Source: an uncultured Bacteroides sp. (GTDB lineage Bacteria; Bacteroidota; Bacteroidia; Bacteroidales; Bacteroidaceae). Taken from it: a DNA stretch of 64,000 nucleotides. The stretch spans positions 3,288,365-3,352,364 of the forward strand of contig OY762899.1 of the NCBI GenBank assembly GCA_963666545.1. The letters run 5' to 3'. The notes under the pieces are model-generated. The model made no database searches. It was not told where the DNA came from and saw only the letters and a list, made by a program, of their open reading frames with translations. Position 1 is the stretch's first letter. Each line of letters starts with the position of its first letter. Shown one piece after another: positions 38,843-47,545 of this stretch. The position numbers and the translations under genes were made by a program.

Positions 38843-40747
38843 TTATTCAAATCCGTAAGAGTTCTGTAGTGTTCCGTTTGAATCGGAGACAGTTGTTGCC
38901 CCTAGTGGCAATAGATGTCTGTTCTTAACTGTCCTGTTCAATCCCCAACTGATATATGGCAGATAACCGATGTTGGTTCCTGTTGTCAGGTTTTCGCCAC
39001 CCCATCCGGTTACGCTTTTATATTCACTGATGTTTGCCGGAACTTCATACCAGCAAATACTCGACATATCAATAGCGTTACTGTCGCCTGTTTTCATTTT
39101 GTAGTACAGTGTGGCAGGAGCTTTTTGTATAAGTTCCGTGTATGCTGTTTTTGCTTCTTCTATTTTACTACTGAGCAATCCCCAACGAATTAAATCGTAT
39201 TTGCGAACAGCTTCACCAGCGAACTCCCAAGCACGTTCGTCAACAATGGCATTGAAAAATGCATTGCCGCTTACAAGCGAGTTTACATAGCTTTGCACTT
39301 CAGTTTGTTGGCTTGATGCAAATGAACGAGCACGAACCTGCAATAGGGCATCTCTTGCTGTTAACCCGCAAGTAGGACCAGCCACGTCGGCACCACTCAA
39401 ATCGTTTAATACCTCTGCATACATTAATAGTACGTCTGAGTAGCGCATCACAATCCAGTTAATGCCGTATCCAATCTTTCCGGTTGCTGCTTTAGAAGCA
39501 GAGCGCCATTCTTCACTCATCTTTCTAGGATCCCATTTGGCTACATAGATGGAAAAAGGCGAATTGCTTTGCATCGTTTCAATAGGTACGCTGCTACCAT
39601 CGGGTTTGATTTCGTATGTAGCACAAGTTAAATCCCGACGTAAGTCATCGTGTTCAAATGACCAGAAAAAAGGGGCTGTTAGCTTTACCTTACCGGAAGA
39701 GTTTCCATATCCGTAAGTGGTAGTAATACCGTTCAAACGAACACCAATAGTATATCCCATTTCGCCTGAATAATTTAAGCCGTGGGCCACTTCGTAAAGG
39801 TTCTCCCGATAAGTCTGATCCAATGTGCATTGGTTTACCAGATACCATTCGTTTGCAATACTAGGGTTTAAGCGGTGAGCGCCGTTGGCAATAACTGCAT
39901 CCAAATGCGCTAAAGCCAGCTTATAAAGTTCGGTTCTTTTCTCTGCCCCCGGGCGTTGAGTCGGATAGCTAGCATCACTGTTGGCTAAGGTTTCATATCC
40001 CGAAGCGGATTTTGATGACTCGCGAATGGAGTAACCTGCATAAGAAAGAGCAATACGAGCTAATAGTCCATGGGCAAAACCTTTAGTCATGCGCTCGGTA
40101 GTGTAACCGGATTGGCCGGCCCATGGGAGAACTGTTATTGCCTCCTCCAAATCTGCAATCAAACGTTCCATGATGAGATCACGGTCGGTTTTTGGTAAGT
40201 AGATGTTTGAACCGTCAGTTTTTGTCGTTTCAAACTTCATGGGTATATCACCATAATTCTTGATGAGGTCATAATAAACCATTGCGCGAATCGTTAATGC
40301 TTCACCTTTGTACATGAGCATTTTATCTCTTGACGAATTTCCTTCAGCAATGAGAGTACTACCTTCTACTCCTTCTACAACAATATTGGCATTTTCGATA
40401 ATAGCAAAACATGCTGTCCAGTTATCGTTGAGTTTGGTCCAGCCAGAGGTTGGGTTGTAGTTACAAGCACCTCGTTCGTTATTGGCTATAGAATTATTTT
40501 CTCCTAATCCATCTATTAATTCAATGTCTGAATTGGTTGAAAAATTCAGAGGGATGCGGGCGCCATAAGTGTGATCCAACGTCAAATCGGCATATACCTT
40601 GTTCAGAGCTTGTACAGTATACGCTGTAGAGTTGAAAACGGTTCCACCTGTCATTTCAGATGGAGAAGTCTGTTCAAGGAAGTCAGAGCAAGACAAGATG
40701 CTCAATACTCCAGCCCCTATAATGAATGATTTTATTATATTCTTCAT
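38843..40747 (-). CDS. susD: SusD/RagB-family nutrient-binding lipoprotein
   Basis: 634 aa. Lipobox GVLSILSCSDFLE. Lies downstream of susC. Confidence 0.9.
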   Translation of the reverse strand: MKNIIKSFIIGAGVLSILSCSDFLEQTSPSEMTGGTVFNSTAYTVQALNKVYADLTLDHTYGARIPLNFSTNSDIELIDGLGENNSIANNERGACNYNPTSGWTKLNDNWTACFAIIENANIVVEGVEGSTLIAEGNSSRDKMLMYKGEALTIRAMVYYDLIKNYGDIPMKFETTKTDGSNIYLPKTDRDLIMERLIADLEEAITVLPWAGQSGYTTERMTKGFAHGLLARIALSYAGYSIRESSKSASGYETLANSDASYPTQRPGAEKRTELYKLALAHLDAVIANGAHRLNPSIANEWYLVNQCTLDQTYRENLYEVAHGLNYSGEMGYTIGVRLNGITTTYGYGNSSGKVKLTAPFFWSFEHDDLRRDLTCATYEIKPDGSSVPIETMQSNSPFSIYVAKWDPRKMSEEWRSASKAATGKIGYGINWIVMRYSDVLLMYAEVLNDLSGADVAGPTCGLTARDALLQVRARSFASSQQTEVQSYVNSLVSGNAFFNAIVDERAWEFAGEAVRKYDLIRWGLLSSKIEEAKTAYTELIQKAPATLYYKMKTGDSNAIDMSSICWYEVPANISEYKSVTGWGGENLTTGTNIGYLPYISWGLNRTVKNRHLLPLGATTVSDSNGTLQNSYGFE

Positions 40748-40767
40748 AACTTATTTTGTTCTTTTTA

Positions 40768-43700
40768 TTAAAATGTCACATTGATACCACCTACGAATGC
40801 ACGGCTCTTTGGGTATGATGCATAGTCAACACCGGGGGTCATAGGATTACTTGTCCTAGAGTCAACTTCGGGGTCTGTACCGGTATAATTGGTAAAGCAA
40901 TAGAGATTGTATCCGGTGACATACACACGGATGTTCTGCATTTGCATTTTTTTCACCAATGATTTAGGAAGAGTGTAGCCAATAGTAATATTGTTCACAC
41001 GTAAGAATGAACCATCTTCTATTGCCCAATCGGTTAATGGCATTACGGTTGAACCAGCAGGATTCCAAATACCGGCATTAGCATTAAGCTCGTTCAAACG
41101 ATTGATCGTGTATGCAGAGCCATTCGTTTTAATTGAAGAACTACTCAATAAACTGGTACCGTTACTTGGATCAATCCATGTATAGCGGTTGGCTAACGTG
41201 AAATTGTCGTTTACGTTCCAGTTCTTAGAAGAACCGCTATAGAAACTAGAACCTAACTTAGTTGCATTAACTATTTCATTACCAATGCTGTAGTTGAAGA
41301 ATGTAGTGATATCAAAGTTCTTAATACGTCCGTTGAAGCCAAATCCACCTGATACGGGAGCAACCGTATTTCCTAAACGTACTTTCGTAATATTACCATC
41401 TGCGTCAGCTTTCAACTTGATCGTTCCGGGATAAAGAGTACCACCTGTTAAGGAACTACTATTGCTTATTCCACTTTTTAATGAATAGGTACCTGTAGAC
41501 TCGTTAAAGTTGAAATCATTTGCCGTATAGAAACCATCTGTTTTGTATCCATAGACTTCACCCAGACGTCCACCCTCTTCTATAAGGAAATCTTCAAGAC
41601 CGGCTGCTGCACTACCTCCCCATTTGCTACTTTGCCAAGATGAAAGACCATTTAATTTATCAATGTGTCCACGATTATAAGAGATGTTGAAATTGAAGTC
41701 CAACCCATACTCTTTCTTATCGATTATAGTAGAGTTTAATTGTAGCTCAACGCCTTTGTTTGATGTCTGTCCCATGTTTTTGTATTGAAAACTATACCCG
41801 GAACTAGCTCCAATTGTTGTTTTCATCAATAAATCTTTGGTGGTATTCCAATAGAAGTCCAATGATCCGGAGAGTCTGTTGTTCCAGAATCCAAAATCTA
41901 AACCGGCATTCCTTGAAACGGTAACTTCCCATTTTAAGTCAGGGTTGGAAAGGACATCGCTATGTTTAAGTACGACTGCTGAACTGTTGCCAAAATAGAT
42001 GCTCTTGTCGCCTGTTCCGGCAACAGAGAATGTAGAATACATTGAGCCGTCAGGAATGCGATTGTTTCCTGCGGTTCCGTAGCTTAAACGGAATTTCAGG
42101 TTAGACAACCAGTCTTTGGTGCTTTCCATAAAAGGTTCATCAAACACCCGCCAAGCAAATGCAACCGAAGGAAAATAACCCCATCTATTGTCGCTTGCGA
42201 ATTTGCTTGAGCCGTCAGCACGTACCGTGGCGGTAAACAAGTATTTATCTTGCAGTGAATAATTAACACGTCCAAAGAAAGAAAGCAAATTATCTTTAAT
42301 ACCAATATATGTCGTGGTTGGTAAGGCTGTCCCATTTCCAAGAGCGGCCAAAATTTCGTTGATGCTTGCTTCTTTATCAAAGTTTACAGAAGTTAAGTAG
42401 GTTTTCGTGTCTTGACTGGATGAAATTTCTTCTCCGATCATTACGTTCAATTTATCATTGTTACTCAAGATATTCTTTCTATCATAAGTTAAAGTATTGG
42501 CATTTCTCCAATTCTTGTTGTTGACTTTTGAAATATATGCTTGAGGAAGTCCTGCATAGCCGTACTTAGAATTAGAAGTAGCCTGATATCCCCAGACTTG
42601 GTCCGTATTGTTATACTTCCAGCCATAGCCAAATTCACTTCTGAAGTTCCAGTTCTTGAAAGGTTCCCAGTTTAGACCAACATTGTAATTCTGTTGGAAC
42701 TTGGATTGTTTCTTGTAGGTTGCGTTCAATCGTTCTAAGGGAGTATATTGAGCATTTGTAGAGTTCTCTTCATCCTCAGTATCTGCTGTTAGGGTAGGGA
42801 TAGGTTGGTGGATGATCGACTTGGCAACTAATGAGTTGGCTGCACTTGTTTCATTATCGGCACCGCCGCTCAAACCGTCAATGGTTTGATAAATCAAACG
42901 AGCGTTGAAGTCTAAGTTTAACCATTTGTTGATTTCAGTATTAATCTTTGCATTGATGTTGTTCTTTGAATAGCCGGAGCTTTTCATAATACTTTTTTCA
43001 TCGTTGCGGGCATAACTAATGCTGTATTTCGTTGTTTTTGTACCGCCACTGACGCTTAGATTATATGACTGCTGATTACCGGTGCGACCAAAGATTTCAT
43101 CCTGAAAGTTTTCACCTTTCACTGACTTGTAAATCTCCAAGTCATCATACGATCCGTAATAATCATTGGTTTGGTCCAACTCATATTGATAGAGTGCATA
43201 TTCGTAAGGATTAAGAACTCCCACTTCTTTTACTACATTTCTGATTCCAAAAGAAGCTCCAAAGTTTACTTGAGTTTTACCCTCTTTTCCCGATTTGGTC
43301 GTAACAATGATTACGCCATTTGCTCCACGAGCACCATAGATGGCTGTTGAAGAAGCATCCTTCAACACATCGACAGATTGAATGTCTGTTGGTGCAATGT
43401 CCGAGATACTTGATACCGGAAAACCATCTACGATATAGAGTGGTGAGTTATCTTGAGATAGAGAACCGCCTCCGCGAACGCGAATTTTTATGTCTGCATC
43501 AGGAGAGCCTTCGGCTGTGGTAATTTGAACACCGGCCATCTTACCTTGTAGGGCTTCGGAAGCACTCGATACAGGAATCGATTCCAACTGTTTGGCACTG
43601 ACAGAAGCTACGGACCCCGTTAAGTCTTTTTTCGCAACCGTACCGTAACCAATAACGACCACTTCATCTAATGCTTGTGCGTCGTCTTCCAGGGTTACAT

Positions 43701-43992
43701 CTACTTTGCTTTTACCCTTAACGTTAATTTCTTGCGATTTCATACCTATATATGAAATAACCAGAGGTTTGCTTCCTGATACTTTTATGGTAAAATGACC
43801 ATCCATATCAGTTATTGTACCGTTGCTCGTTCCTTTCTCCAGAACAGAGGCACCAATGATACTTTCTCCTGTTTTATCCTTCACAGTACCTGTTAGGGTA
43901 ATGTTTTGCGCTGATAGGTTTAGTGATATTGCAGCAAATAGAGCGAGCAATACCATGCGCATGTTCTTCATCTTATTAGACATTCTTTGCAT
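40768..43992 (-). CDS. susC: SusC/RagA-family TonB-dependent transporter
   Basis: 1074 aa. N-terminal ITLTGTVKDKTGESIIGASV, plug VVIGYGTVAKKD...DIQSVDVLKDASSTAIYGARG, C-terminal F. The start could be one of several nearby Met codons. Confidence 0.9.
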   Translation of the reverse strand: MQRMSNKMKNMRMVLLALFAAISLNLSAQNITLTGTVKDKTGESIIGASVLEKGTSNGTITDMDGHFTIKVSGSKPLVISYIGMKSQEINVKGKSKVDVTLEDDAQALDEVVVIGYGTVAKKDLTGSVASVSAKQLESIPVSSASEALQGKMAGVQITTAEGSPDADIKIRVRGGGSLSQDNSPLYIVDGFPVSSISDIAPTDIQSVDVLKDASSTAIYGARGANGVIIVTTKSGKEGKTQVNFGASFGIRNVVKEVGVLNPYEYALYQYELDQTNDYYGSYDDLEIYKSVKGENFQDEIFGRTGNQQSYNLSVSGGTKTTKYSISYARNDEKSIMKSSGYSKNNINAKINTEINKWLNLDFNARLIYQTIDGLSGGADNETSAANSLVAKSIIHQPIPTLTADTEDEENSTNAQYTPLERLNATYKKQSKFQQNYNVGLNWEPFKNWNFRSEFGYGWKYNNTDQVWGYQATSNSKYGYAGLPQAYISKVNNKNWRNANTLTYDRKNILSNNDKLNVMIGEEISSSQDTKTYLTSVNFDKEASINEILAALGNGTALPTTTYIGIKDNLLSFFGRVNYSLQDKYLFTATVRADGSSKFASDNRWGYFPSVAFAWRVFDEPFMESTKDWLSNLKFRLSYGTAGNNRIPDGSMYSTFSVAGTGDKSIYFGNSSAVVLKHSDVLSNPDLKWEVTVSRNAGLDFGFWNNRLSGSLDFYWNTTKDLLMKTTIGASSGYSFQYKNMGQTSNKGVELQLNSTIIDKKEYGLDFNFNISYNRGHIDKLNGLSSWQSSKWGGSAAAGLEDFLIEEGGRLGEVYGYKTDGFYTANDFNFNESTGTYSLKSGISNSSSLTGGTLYPGTIKLKADADGNITKVRLGNTVAPVSGGFGFNGRIKNFDITTFFNYSIGNEIVNATKLGSSFYSGSSKNWNVNDNFTLANRYTWIDPSNGTSLLSSSSIKTNGSAYTINRLNELNANAGIWNPAGSTVMPLTDWAIEDGSFLRVNNITIGYTLPKSLVKKMQMQNIRVYVTGYNLYCFTNYTGTDPEVDSRTSNPMTPGVDYASYPKSRAFVGGINVTF

Positions 43993-44040
43993 GTTTAATG
44001 ATTAACTTGTTACCGAGAATATAGTATAAATATGTCGATA

Positions 44041-44048
44041 CAAATATA
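44041..44048 (-). promoter_or_regulatory. -7 box (TATATTTG on the minus strand) for the second susC
   Basis: The plus strand reads CAAATATA, ~50 nt upstream of the start at 43992. Confidence 0.5.
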
Positions 44049-44117
44049 GAATATACCTAAATGCAGCATGTGTAATATCTGTTTTTATGCTTGTATTAAT
44101 TGGCTTAGTAAACAACA

Positions 44118-44151
44118 ATAGCAGGCCAATACTGCGATTCAGGCCTGCTAT
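44118..44151 (-). terminator. terminator of the HAD hydrolase gene (10-bp stem ATAGCAGGCC/GGCCTGCTAT)
   Basis: Perfect 10-bp GC-rich stem. On the minus strand it is followed by a T-rich tract. Confidence 0.6.
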
Positions 44152-44216
44152 GTGATTTTTAGGGAGAGAAGCTCCTTAAAGCTCCTGCAGTTGAAACAGA
44201 GGAAGAAGTGGGTGTC

Positions 44217-44864
44217 TTAAACGAGAGATAAAATATTCATTGCTTGGTCTATAATATAGTCTGGTTGAAAAGCTTCCAATTCATTGCGGGGTCTGAATCC
44301 CCAAGTCACTCCGCAAGCACTTACTCCACTGTTTCGGGCTGTTTGCATATCCACTCCTGAATCTCCCACATAAAGTACTTCCTGGGGTTCCACATTAGCA
44401 ATCTTAAGGATGTCGAGAACAATGGTTGGATCGGGTTTCACCTTAATGCCTTCTCGCTGTCCGAATACAGCTATAAATGGCGTTTCTGAGAAATATCGAT
44501 CTACTAGTTTTTGTGTAGCAGCCTGATACTTGTTTGATGCCACCGCTATCATCTTTCCTTCTGCTTGTAACTGCTTAAGAAGCTCAAGTATGCCCGGATA
44601 TGGACGACTTTCATCGGCATTGTGCAGATCATAATGGGGCATAAACTCTGCCCGTACCCGAGAAATATTGGTTTCTGTTTTTTCTCCTTCAGGTAAAGCT
44701 CTTTCGAATAATTTATTGACTCCGTTACCTACCATGAAGTTATAAGCTTCTACCTCATGCGTGGGATATCCGAGCTTTCGCAGCGCATGATTGGTACTGT
44801 TCGCTAAATCGGCGATGGTGTTTAATAGCGTTCCATCTAAATCGAATATGATAAGTTTCTTCAT
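44217..44864 (-). CDS. HAD-superfamily hydrolase (phosphoglycolate phosphatase-like)
   Basis: 215 aa with HAD motif I IIFDLDGTLLNT and motif IV VGDSGVDMQTA. Confidence 0.85.
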   Translation of the reverse strand: MKKLIIFDLDGTLLNTIADLANSTNHALRKLGYPTHEVEAYNFMVGNGVNKLFERALPEGEKTETNISRVRAEFMPHYDLHNADESRPYPGILELLKQLQAEGKMIAVASNKYQAATQKLVDRYFSETPFIAVFGQREGIKVKPDPTIVLDILKIANVEPQEVLYVGDSGVDMQTARNSGVSACGVTWGFRPRNELEAFQPDYIIDQAMNILSLV

Positions 44865-45056
44865 TTATCTGTTGTTCTTAGTTCATGTTATCTTCTTCTG
44901 TTGTCAAGCAATGCCAGAAAATGCAGTAAAGGTATTAAATAATGCTTTATGGAACAGCGAAACAGAAAGATTAATTCTTCACCTTTCTTTTTTGTTACTT
45001 AACTGATTGTGTGCATCTTTCACAATACAGCGCATCAATAGCGCCTGTTATAACAA

Positions 45057-45093
45057 AAGACAGGTGGCTCTCTGTTGAAAAGCCACCTGTCTT
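45057..45093 (-). terminator. terminator of the small lipoprotein gene (13-bp stem AAGACAGGTGGCT/AGCCACCTGTCTT)
   Basis: Perfect 13-bp stem, followed on the minus strand by TTTTGTT. Confidence 0.7.
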
Positions 45094-45114
45094 CTAAATT
45101 GTCGTCTAAACGCT

Positions 45115-45561
45115 TTAAGGCTCTTGTTTTATTGTTACTTTTGCGGGAGTGGTAGCCACACCGTTAAGGGTTAAAATTAACTTGCGCACTTGATTTGTCT
45201 TATTCTTTCCTACGTATACTCTAAATGTAGCCGGATCATCTTTGGTTCTCATAATTTTATACCAATCCGAAACGATTGTATCATGGTAAGTGTTTACCAA
45301 AGCATTCTCGTAAGCCTTCATGTAGAAAGTATTATGAATCGTAGTGTCTTTGTTATTTGCAAGGACGTTTATACTTTGCACACTAGCGCCGACAGTAGCT
45401 TCTATGTATGTGGAGCTGTCTGCTTTCGCACTCAAATTGAACAAATCTTGTTTTACTGTAATAGGAGTGTACGGTATACCAAGATTATCAGTATTACTGC
45501 AACTGAATAGTAGCCCAGTAAAGAAGAAAAACATAAATAAAACAGGTAGAAGTTTTTTCAT
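45115..45561 (-). CDS. hypothetical lipoprotein
   Basis: The ATG at 45561 gives MKKLLPVLFMFFFFTGLLFSCSN (lipobox). I recognise no family motif. Confidence 0.5.
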   Translation of the reverse strand: MKKLLPVLFMFFFFTGLLFSCSNTDNLGIPYTPITVKQDLFNLSAKADSSTYIEATVGASVQSINVLANNKDTTIHNTFYMKAYENALVNTYHDTIVSDWYKIMRTKDDPATFRVYVGKNKTNQVRKLILTLNGVATTPAKVTIKQEP

Positions 45562-45828
45562 AATTCTAGTTTTTAGAAATAAGTACCAATCTTTTATGAT
45601 TATCATATAAAAAGATACTTAAATATTTGCGTTTTCATTGTATGAATATAAAAATACGTATATAAATACCTAGTGGTATCTTTGCTTTTGTGAATTTATG
45701 TATAATTAACGTTGCTTTAATAAGATATATACAGTCAGCTATGCCGTATGATACTTCGTCATGTACCTCAACTTAATTTGTATTCCCCCCCTAGAACACA
45801 CGTAATGTCTGAAGTTGTTTCAGCCTAT

Positions 45829-46488
45829 TTATTGCTGCTTCTTTGCCCAATTCAAACGGCGAAGGTCGGGCAGCGGAGTTACTTTGAAGTTCTCGAAAAT
45901 AGCCTCAAAGCCATCTCCGTCGGGTGATGCTCCCATAATGCCAACCTGAACGGGACAGTTATCCTCCAAGTAGCAAGTACGAATCACCTTGTACTCTTTG
46001 TCATCAAACGAATAGAAAACCTCTACCGCATCGAGGCGGCGCACGGCTTTAATCCAAACTGACTTTGGAGCTTTCTCAAGCTCTACTACACTCCAGTCGG
46101 AGGTATTGTGCGTTACAACGGTGCTTACGTTTTGTTTGCCATTGACAAATTCGACTCCTGTTTTAATCCAGTTTTTGTGATCGGTGCGAAGCATTAGCCC
46201 CATCTGGTCATAAAGGGTTTTGTAATTGCCTGTGATTTTAACCTTTACCTCAAACTCGCCGCCGTAAGTGGCATAGTAAAACGGGGCGTCATCCACAGTA
46301 AAGCCATAGTGGGTGATTCGCCAATAGTCTGTTTTTGCAGGAACCTGCATCACGAATGTGGTCGGATTTTTAATTTCCCAGCCTTCGGGTTCGTTGAACC
46401 ATTGCATTTTGTCAAGACGTTGCGCCATAGCGTTACTTGTTGTTAATAGTGCCAGCAGCATAGCAGCACCAAGCAGAACTTTTTTCAT
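45829..46488 (-). CDS. secreted DUF1349-like (concanavalin A-like lectin/glucanase fold) protein
   Basis: 219 aa with the signal peptide MKKVLLGAAMLLALLTTSNAMAQ. The segments WFNEP..W, TDYWRITHYGF and GIMGASPDG resemble the DUF1349 family as I recall it. Confidence 0.62.
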   Translation of the reverse strand: MKKVLLGAAMLLALLTTSNAMAQRLDKMQWFNEPEGWEIKNPTTFVMQVPAKTDYWRITHYGFTVDDAPFYYATYGGEFEVKVKITGNYKTLYDQMGLMLRTDHKNWIKTGVEFVNGKQNVSTVVTHNTSDWSVVELEKAPKSVWIKAVRRLDAVEVFYSFDDKEYKVIRTCYLEDNCPVQVGIMGASPDGDGFEAIFENFKVTPLPDLRRLNWAKKQQ

Positions 46489-46521
46489 ATTTCATTTTTA
46501 ATAAATAACCATTAGTTTTAA

Positions 46522-46537
46522 TACCTTTGCAAAGGTA
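46522..46537. promoter_or_regulatory. perfect 16-bp palindrome TACCTTTGCAAAGGTA = two back-to-back -7 boxes
   Basis: It reads TACCTTTG on both strands. It lies 52 nt upstream of the LuxR ATG and 34 nt upstream of the DUF1349-like gene ATG. Confidence 0.55.
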
Positions 46538-46588
46538 ATACATTGCATATAAGTGTGCAATGGTAAAAAATGACCATTATAAAAGGAG

Positions 46589-47353
46589 ATGAAACAGTTT
46601 GCCGACCTCGAAAATAATTTGCTTGGGCAACAATTCCAATCGGAGGATTCTTCTGCTAAAGTTGAAGAGTATAAGTCGATTGCCCGAATGTACGCCTCAC
46701 AAGAGAACTCTATCGCTGTGTTGAGCGACCTCAAAAGCAATTGCAGCTACATCTATAACGGAGCATTGGCAAAGGCGTTGGGGCTGTCCGAAGATGCTTC
46801 GGCTCAGGAGATAGAGACTATCTGGGAGGAGGAGATATATTCGAGAGTGCATTCTGACGACCTTGCGGCACGCCACCTGCTTGAGCTTCACTTTTTCCAT
46901 CTTCTCAGGAAAACGCCAATTGGCCAGCGTTCAAATTTTCGCACTCACAGCATTATCAGAATGAGAAACAGTGGCGGTGAGTATATCCCTGTGTTGCACC
47001 GTACCTTTTACCTACAAAGTACCTCGAACGGTTCGCTGTGGCTGGCACTCTGCCTCTATAATTTTGCCACGGACATTGACATTCGGCAAGGGTTTGGCGG
47101 CATCATTCAAAATACGGCAACTGGCGAGATACTCCGTCCCGACAGTGAGTTGGTCGAGGAGATACTATCTCTTCGCGAACGTCAGGTTTTGGCACTCATT
47201 GAACGGGGGTTATCGAGCAAAGAGATCGCTGTTCGGCTTGGAATCAGCAAAAATACCGTCGACCGACATCGCCAGAATATTATGGAGAAATTGTGCGTAA
47301 ATAACTCTATCGAAGCAATAAAAGTGGCCAAGGCTCTCAAGGTCAATTTTTAG
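46589..47353 (+). CDS. LuxR-family transcriptional regulator with N-terminal PAS-like sensory domain
   Basis: 254 aa. C-terminal LuxR HTH: LSLRERQVLALIERGLSSKEIAVRLGISKNTVDRHRQNIMEKL. Confidence 0.8.
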   Translation: MKQFADLENNLLGQQFQSEDSSAKVEEYKSIARMYASQENSIAVLSDLKSNCSYIYNGALAKALGLSEDASAQEIETIWEEEIYSRVHSDDLAARHLLELHFFHLLRKTPIGQRSNFRTHSIIRMRNSGGEYIPVLHRTFYLQSTSNGSLWLALCLYNFATDIDIRQGFGGIIQNTATGEILRPDSELVEEILSLRERQVLALIERGLSSKEIAVRLGISKNTVDRHRQNIMEKLCVNNSIEAIKVAKALKVNF

Positions 47354-47407
47354 ATAAGCACACTCCTTATTATTAATCAGTTCATTATCTTAGGTAGGGA
47401 GGTATAG

Positions 47408-47479
47408 TTTCTCCTTGAAAATCATGGCATTAGATGAATCGGATTACTCATTATTCTAATGATGATTTTCAAGGAGAAA
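47408..47479. repeat. 72-nt extended hairpin (18-bp + 7-bp perfect stems)
   Basis: TTTCTCCTTGAAAATCAT (47408-47425) pairs with 47462-47479, and the inner CATTAGA (47428-47434) pairs with TCTAATG (47455-47461). No adjacent T-run on either strand. Confidence 0.7.
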
Positions 47480-47545
47480 GAATTAAAACCTGTAAAATGA
47501 TATTTTTAAATCAATGGAATCAATGTCAATCAATGATTCATGTCT

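Noticed and set aside
25688-43992. Identical length (3225 nt, 1074 codons) of the two susC genes, considered as evidence of a recent duplication or inverted repeat.
   Set aside because: The protein sequences differ throughout apart from family-conserved plug/TonB motifs. The equal length looks coincidental.
46498-46740. 80-aa minus-strand ORF covering the DUF1349/LuxR intergenic region.
   Set aside because: It spans the palindromic promoter and the LuxR start in antisense. It has no support.
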